Below are positions 61,747-64,000 of a DNA stretch of 64,000 bases, piece by piece. The translations under genes were made by a program, and so were the position numbers. Under the pieces are notes generated by a model, which was not told where the DNA came from, did no database searches, and saw only the letters and a program-made list of their open reading frames with translations. The stretch's first letter is position 1. Each line of letters starts with the position of its first letter. The stretch is from Tubulanus polymorphus. Taxonomy: Eukaryota > Animalia > Nemertea. The DNA lies in assembly GCF_964204645.1 (NCBI RefSeq), contig NC_134030.1, positions 18,188,210-18,252,209 of the forward strand, given 5' to 3'.

Positions 61747-64000
61747 TTTCCATATAATAAAAAACAATTATTACATGAAGTAAAAAATATATAACTTTGT
61801 CTCATTATCTTTGTCTGACCATTTCTAATTTGCGTATAGTAATCTATTATGAATTAATCCCGCATAATTACCGGGTATAAACAGCGACAAGAATAACGCA
61901 AAGAATCCGTTGATAAAAGTGCACCCCGAAAGGCCTAAAACTTACCGCACGATCTTGAGTCAACCGTAAATCACGGAATCGGACTTAAAATTAGTCCGGA
62001 TTCGTCATTTCCCACGAACGATAACTACAGCTGGTGCGTAATAAGTGTCTTATGAATGAAACATGGCGGATGGTTGAAATCATTTTCGGCTTGAATTTAT
62101 CGCGAGTTTTAGGACCTTAATGAATTTCACGAAACCATGATCCTTAAAATGAGTCAATTGGTTAATTCTATTTGTAAATCAATTTACGTTGGCTACATTT
62201 CCTGAAGATTTCTGGCTCGATTCAACGTAATATGGACAGAAATGGTAAGAATCTTCATACTGAAATTTACTTCCGCGTTCACTCGACGACTCAGATCGAT
62301 GACAACGACAGCAGTTATTACGTAATTCAAGGTGAGAATCCGTTTACCAGGGAATGTTTTACATGATTTCTTTATAATATTAGTACATATGGTAGCAAAT
62401 GAGTACTCGGTGAAGCAATGATCATTGTTGGCTAGCTACTTAACCTAGCTTTTTTTGGGGGATACACCTAGAATAAGCCCTAAATGTAGTGAATAGAGAC
62501 AATGGAAAGCCTAAGTTGTTAGTAAGGGGCTGGTTTAGACTTATGTGTACGACTATCTATTTCGATTACTTTCTTTCCAGCTATAATTCGTGGAATGAAC
62601 TGGTCACTACGGTCTTCAATCCTTTGCCGATTCTTGCAGCTGGTGGAAATAAATTTAAACCACAGTGTGCAAGTGTACGTTCCAAATCAAGCTTTTTCGT
62701 CATTGTCGTAACTTAAGCGCAACTGTCTCAGATGCTGTAAGTACGTGACGTTTCATGTAATTGTTATTTTTTCAGTTGCCATGTTTACAATATTTGGATA
62801 AGTAATCAGTTATTATACTTTCTTTCACTCCTCTATGATATTATATAACCGAGTAATTATTACATTTCATTGCTTAATTACAGGTGGAAAGTGGTCAGAT
62901 GGCATGAAAATCGACTGTGGCTGACTAATTGGTGCGATTAGATCAGGTGTTGATGTTTCAAAAGGTGTAGCCAAAAAGCTTGTATCATCAGGGGTAGACA
63001 AATTATCCGTAGATAAATGAAAACTCCACCTTGTTGACTGTCAGTTGATTTAGCTGTAATTACTTCGTCTGGATCAATCGACACATAATTTATTTCAAAA
63101 TCTGTGTTCAGTAGAATTTCTTTCAATAAATTAAGAATCTATTTGAATAATTTTTTACTAATGTATTCAGGAGTGAATTTCAATTGATCTCAAAACCAGA
63201 GAAAGCATTCTTCAAAAATTTAGAAAATCCTAGACTCATAATCAAATTCTGTGAAGTCATTTAAGGTATTTTGCTCGAATCAAGCCAAGGGCTCAGGTGG
63301 CTAAAATTCAATTCCTCACGGTCCTGTAACGCTGAGTACGATGGAGTTTACACACTAAAAAACGTTGCGCTGTGTAAGTGCAATTTGGATAAGTCAGCAA
63401 TATAATGACGGCCCTGGCCCGCGCGCTCCATCTGAGACATAAACAGGTTGGACTGTATTGCTTCGATGCTTTGACAAATGGACTCCTAATATCCACATAT
63501 CCAGCATAATGTTGACACAGGTTGCGCTTCTTGGCAATAGTCATATGTTATGGGCTAGAATTATTTCGATGAAATCTTCGTACGCTACAAAAACAGAGGA
63601 AGAAGCCCGTTAGCAGAAACCCGTTATCGCTGCTATGCAGCTATATTTTTTCATTGTGTTTGAAATATCAGCTCACTGTCTTATGTTTAATTCTACCATC
63701 GTGTTATTTGTCCGATTTTCGTAACATCGTGAATTTCTAAAATCAGTTGAATTATTGTATGTAACGGACTGTGAATAAATATTATTAGATGTATCATTAT
63801 TCCTTAATATATTAATGACGTGATATAAATGTGATCGGTTCGCCATTCCAAACTTCCACTTCCACTATTGTCACTTGTTTGTGCGCCTGGGATTTGTACC
63901 ATCGCTTGTCCCGGCTTGTTCCAAACTTATTGGTTGATGAAAATTGATTGTGTTAACTTGTCCTCTGAATTGAGGTGCGCTAGGGGTGGAGCATTTGAAC

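Overview
AT-rich, intron-containing animal genomic DNA. It is probably a marine invertebrate, perhaps lophotrochozoan; this is inferred from gene content only. The first 36 kb holds three two-gene, tail-to-tail DNA transposons. (1) A P-superfamily element (5494-11403, perfect 33-bp TIRs): its transposase has a RAG1-N/ZAD-like zinc finger instead of THAP, and the P-transposase C-terminal domain sits in a separate convergent gene. (2) A 9.8-kb IS3EU-type element (16944-26753, ~297-bp TIRs, TAT...ATA ends): it carries an intact SAM-HTH-integrase transposase and a 12-exon SAM-UBL-like-UBZ-UIM-HECT E3 ligase, and the two genes begin with homologous SAM domains split by the same intron. (3) An ISL2EU element (31568-35929, AT TSD) with a THAP-DDE transposase and a SAP-SWIM-YqaJ nuclease. 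Host genes are an Ig-domain type I receptor with a Tyr-motif tail, its truncated inverted paralog, an isolated Ig exon, an intronless class A GPCR, a 71-aa sea-anemone-toxin/defensin-like precursor, a MOXD1/DBH-like fragment, a stand-alone secreted GON-domain protein and tRNA-Pro(TGG). Also present: a decayed CMC transposase, MITEs, SINEs, a 109-bp satellite in two inverted arrays and a (GGGA)n tract. Exon models were built by eye from GT-AG sites and phase consistency. Domain calls come from motif recognition, not database searches.
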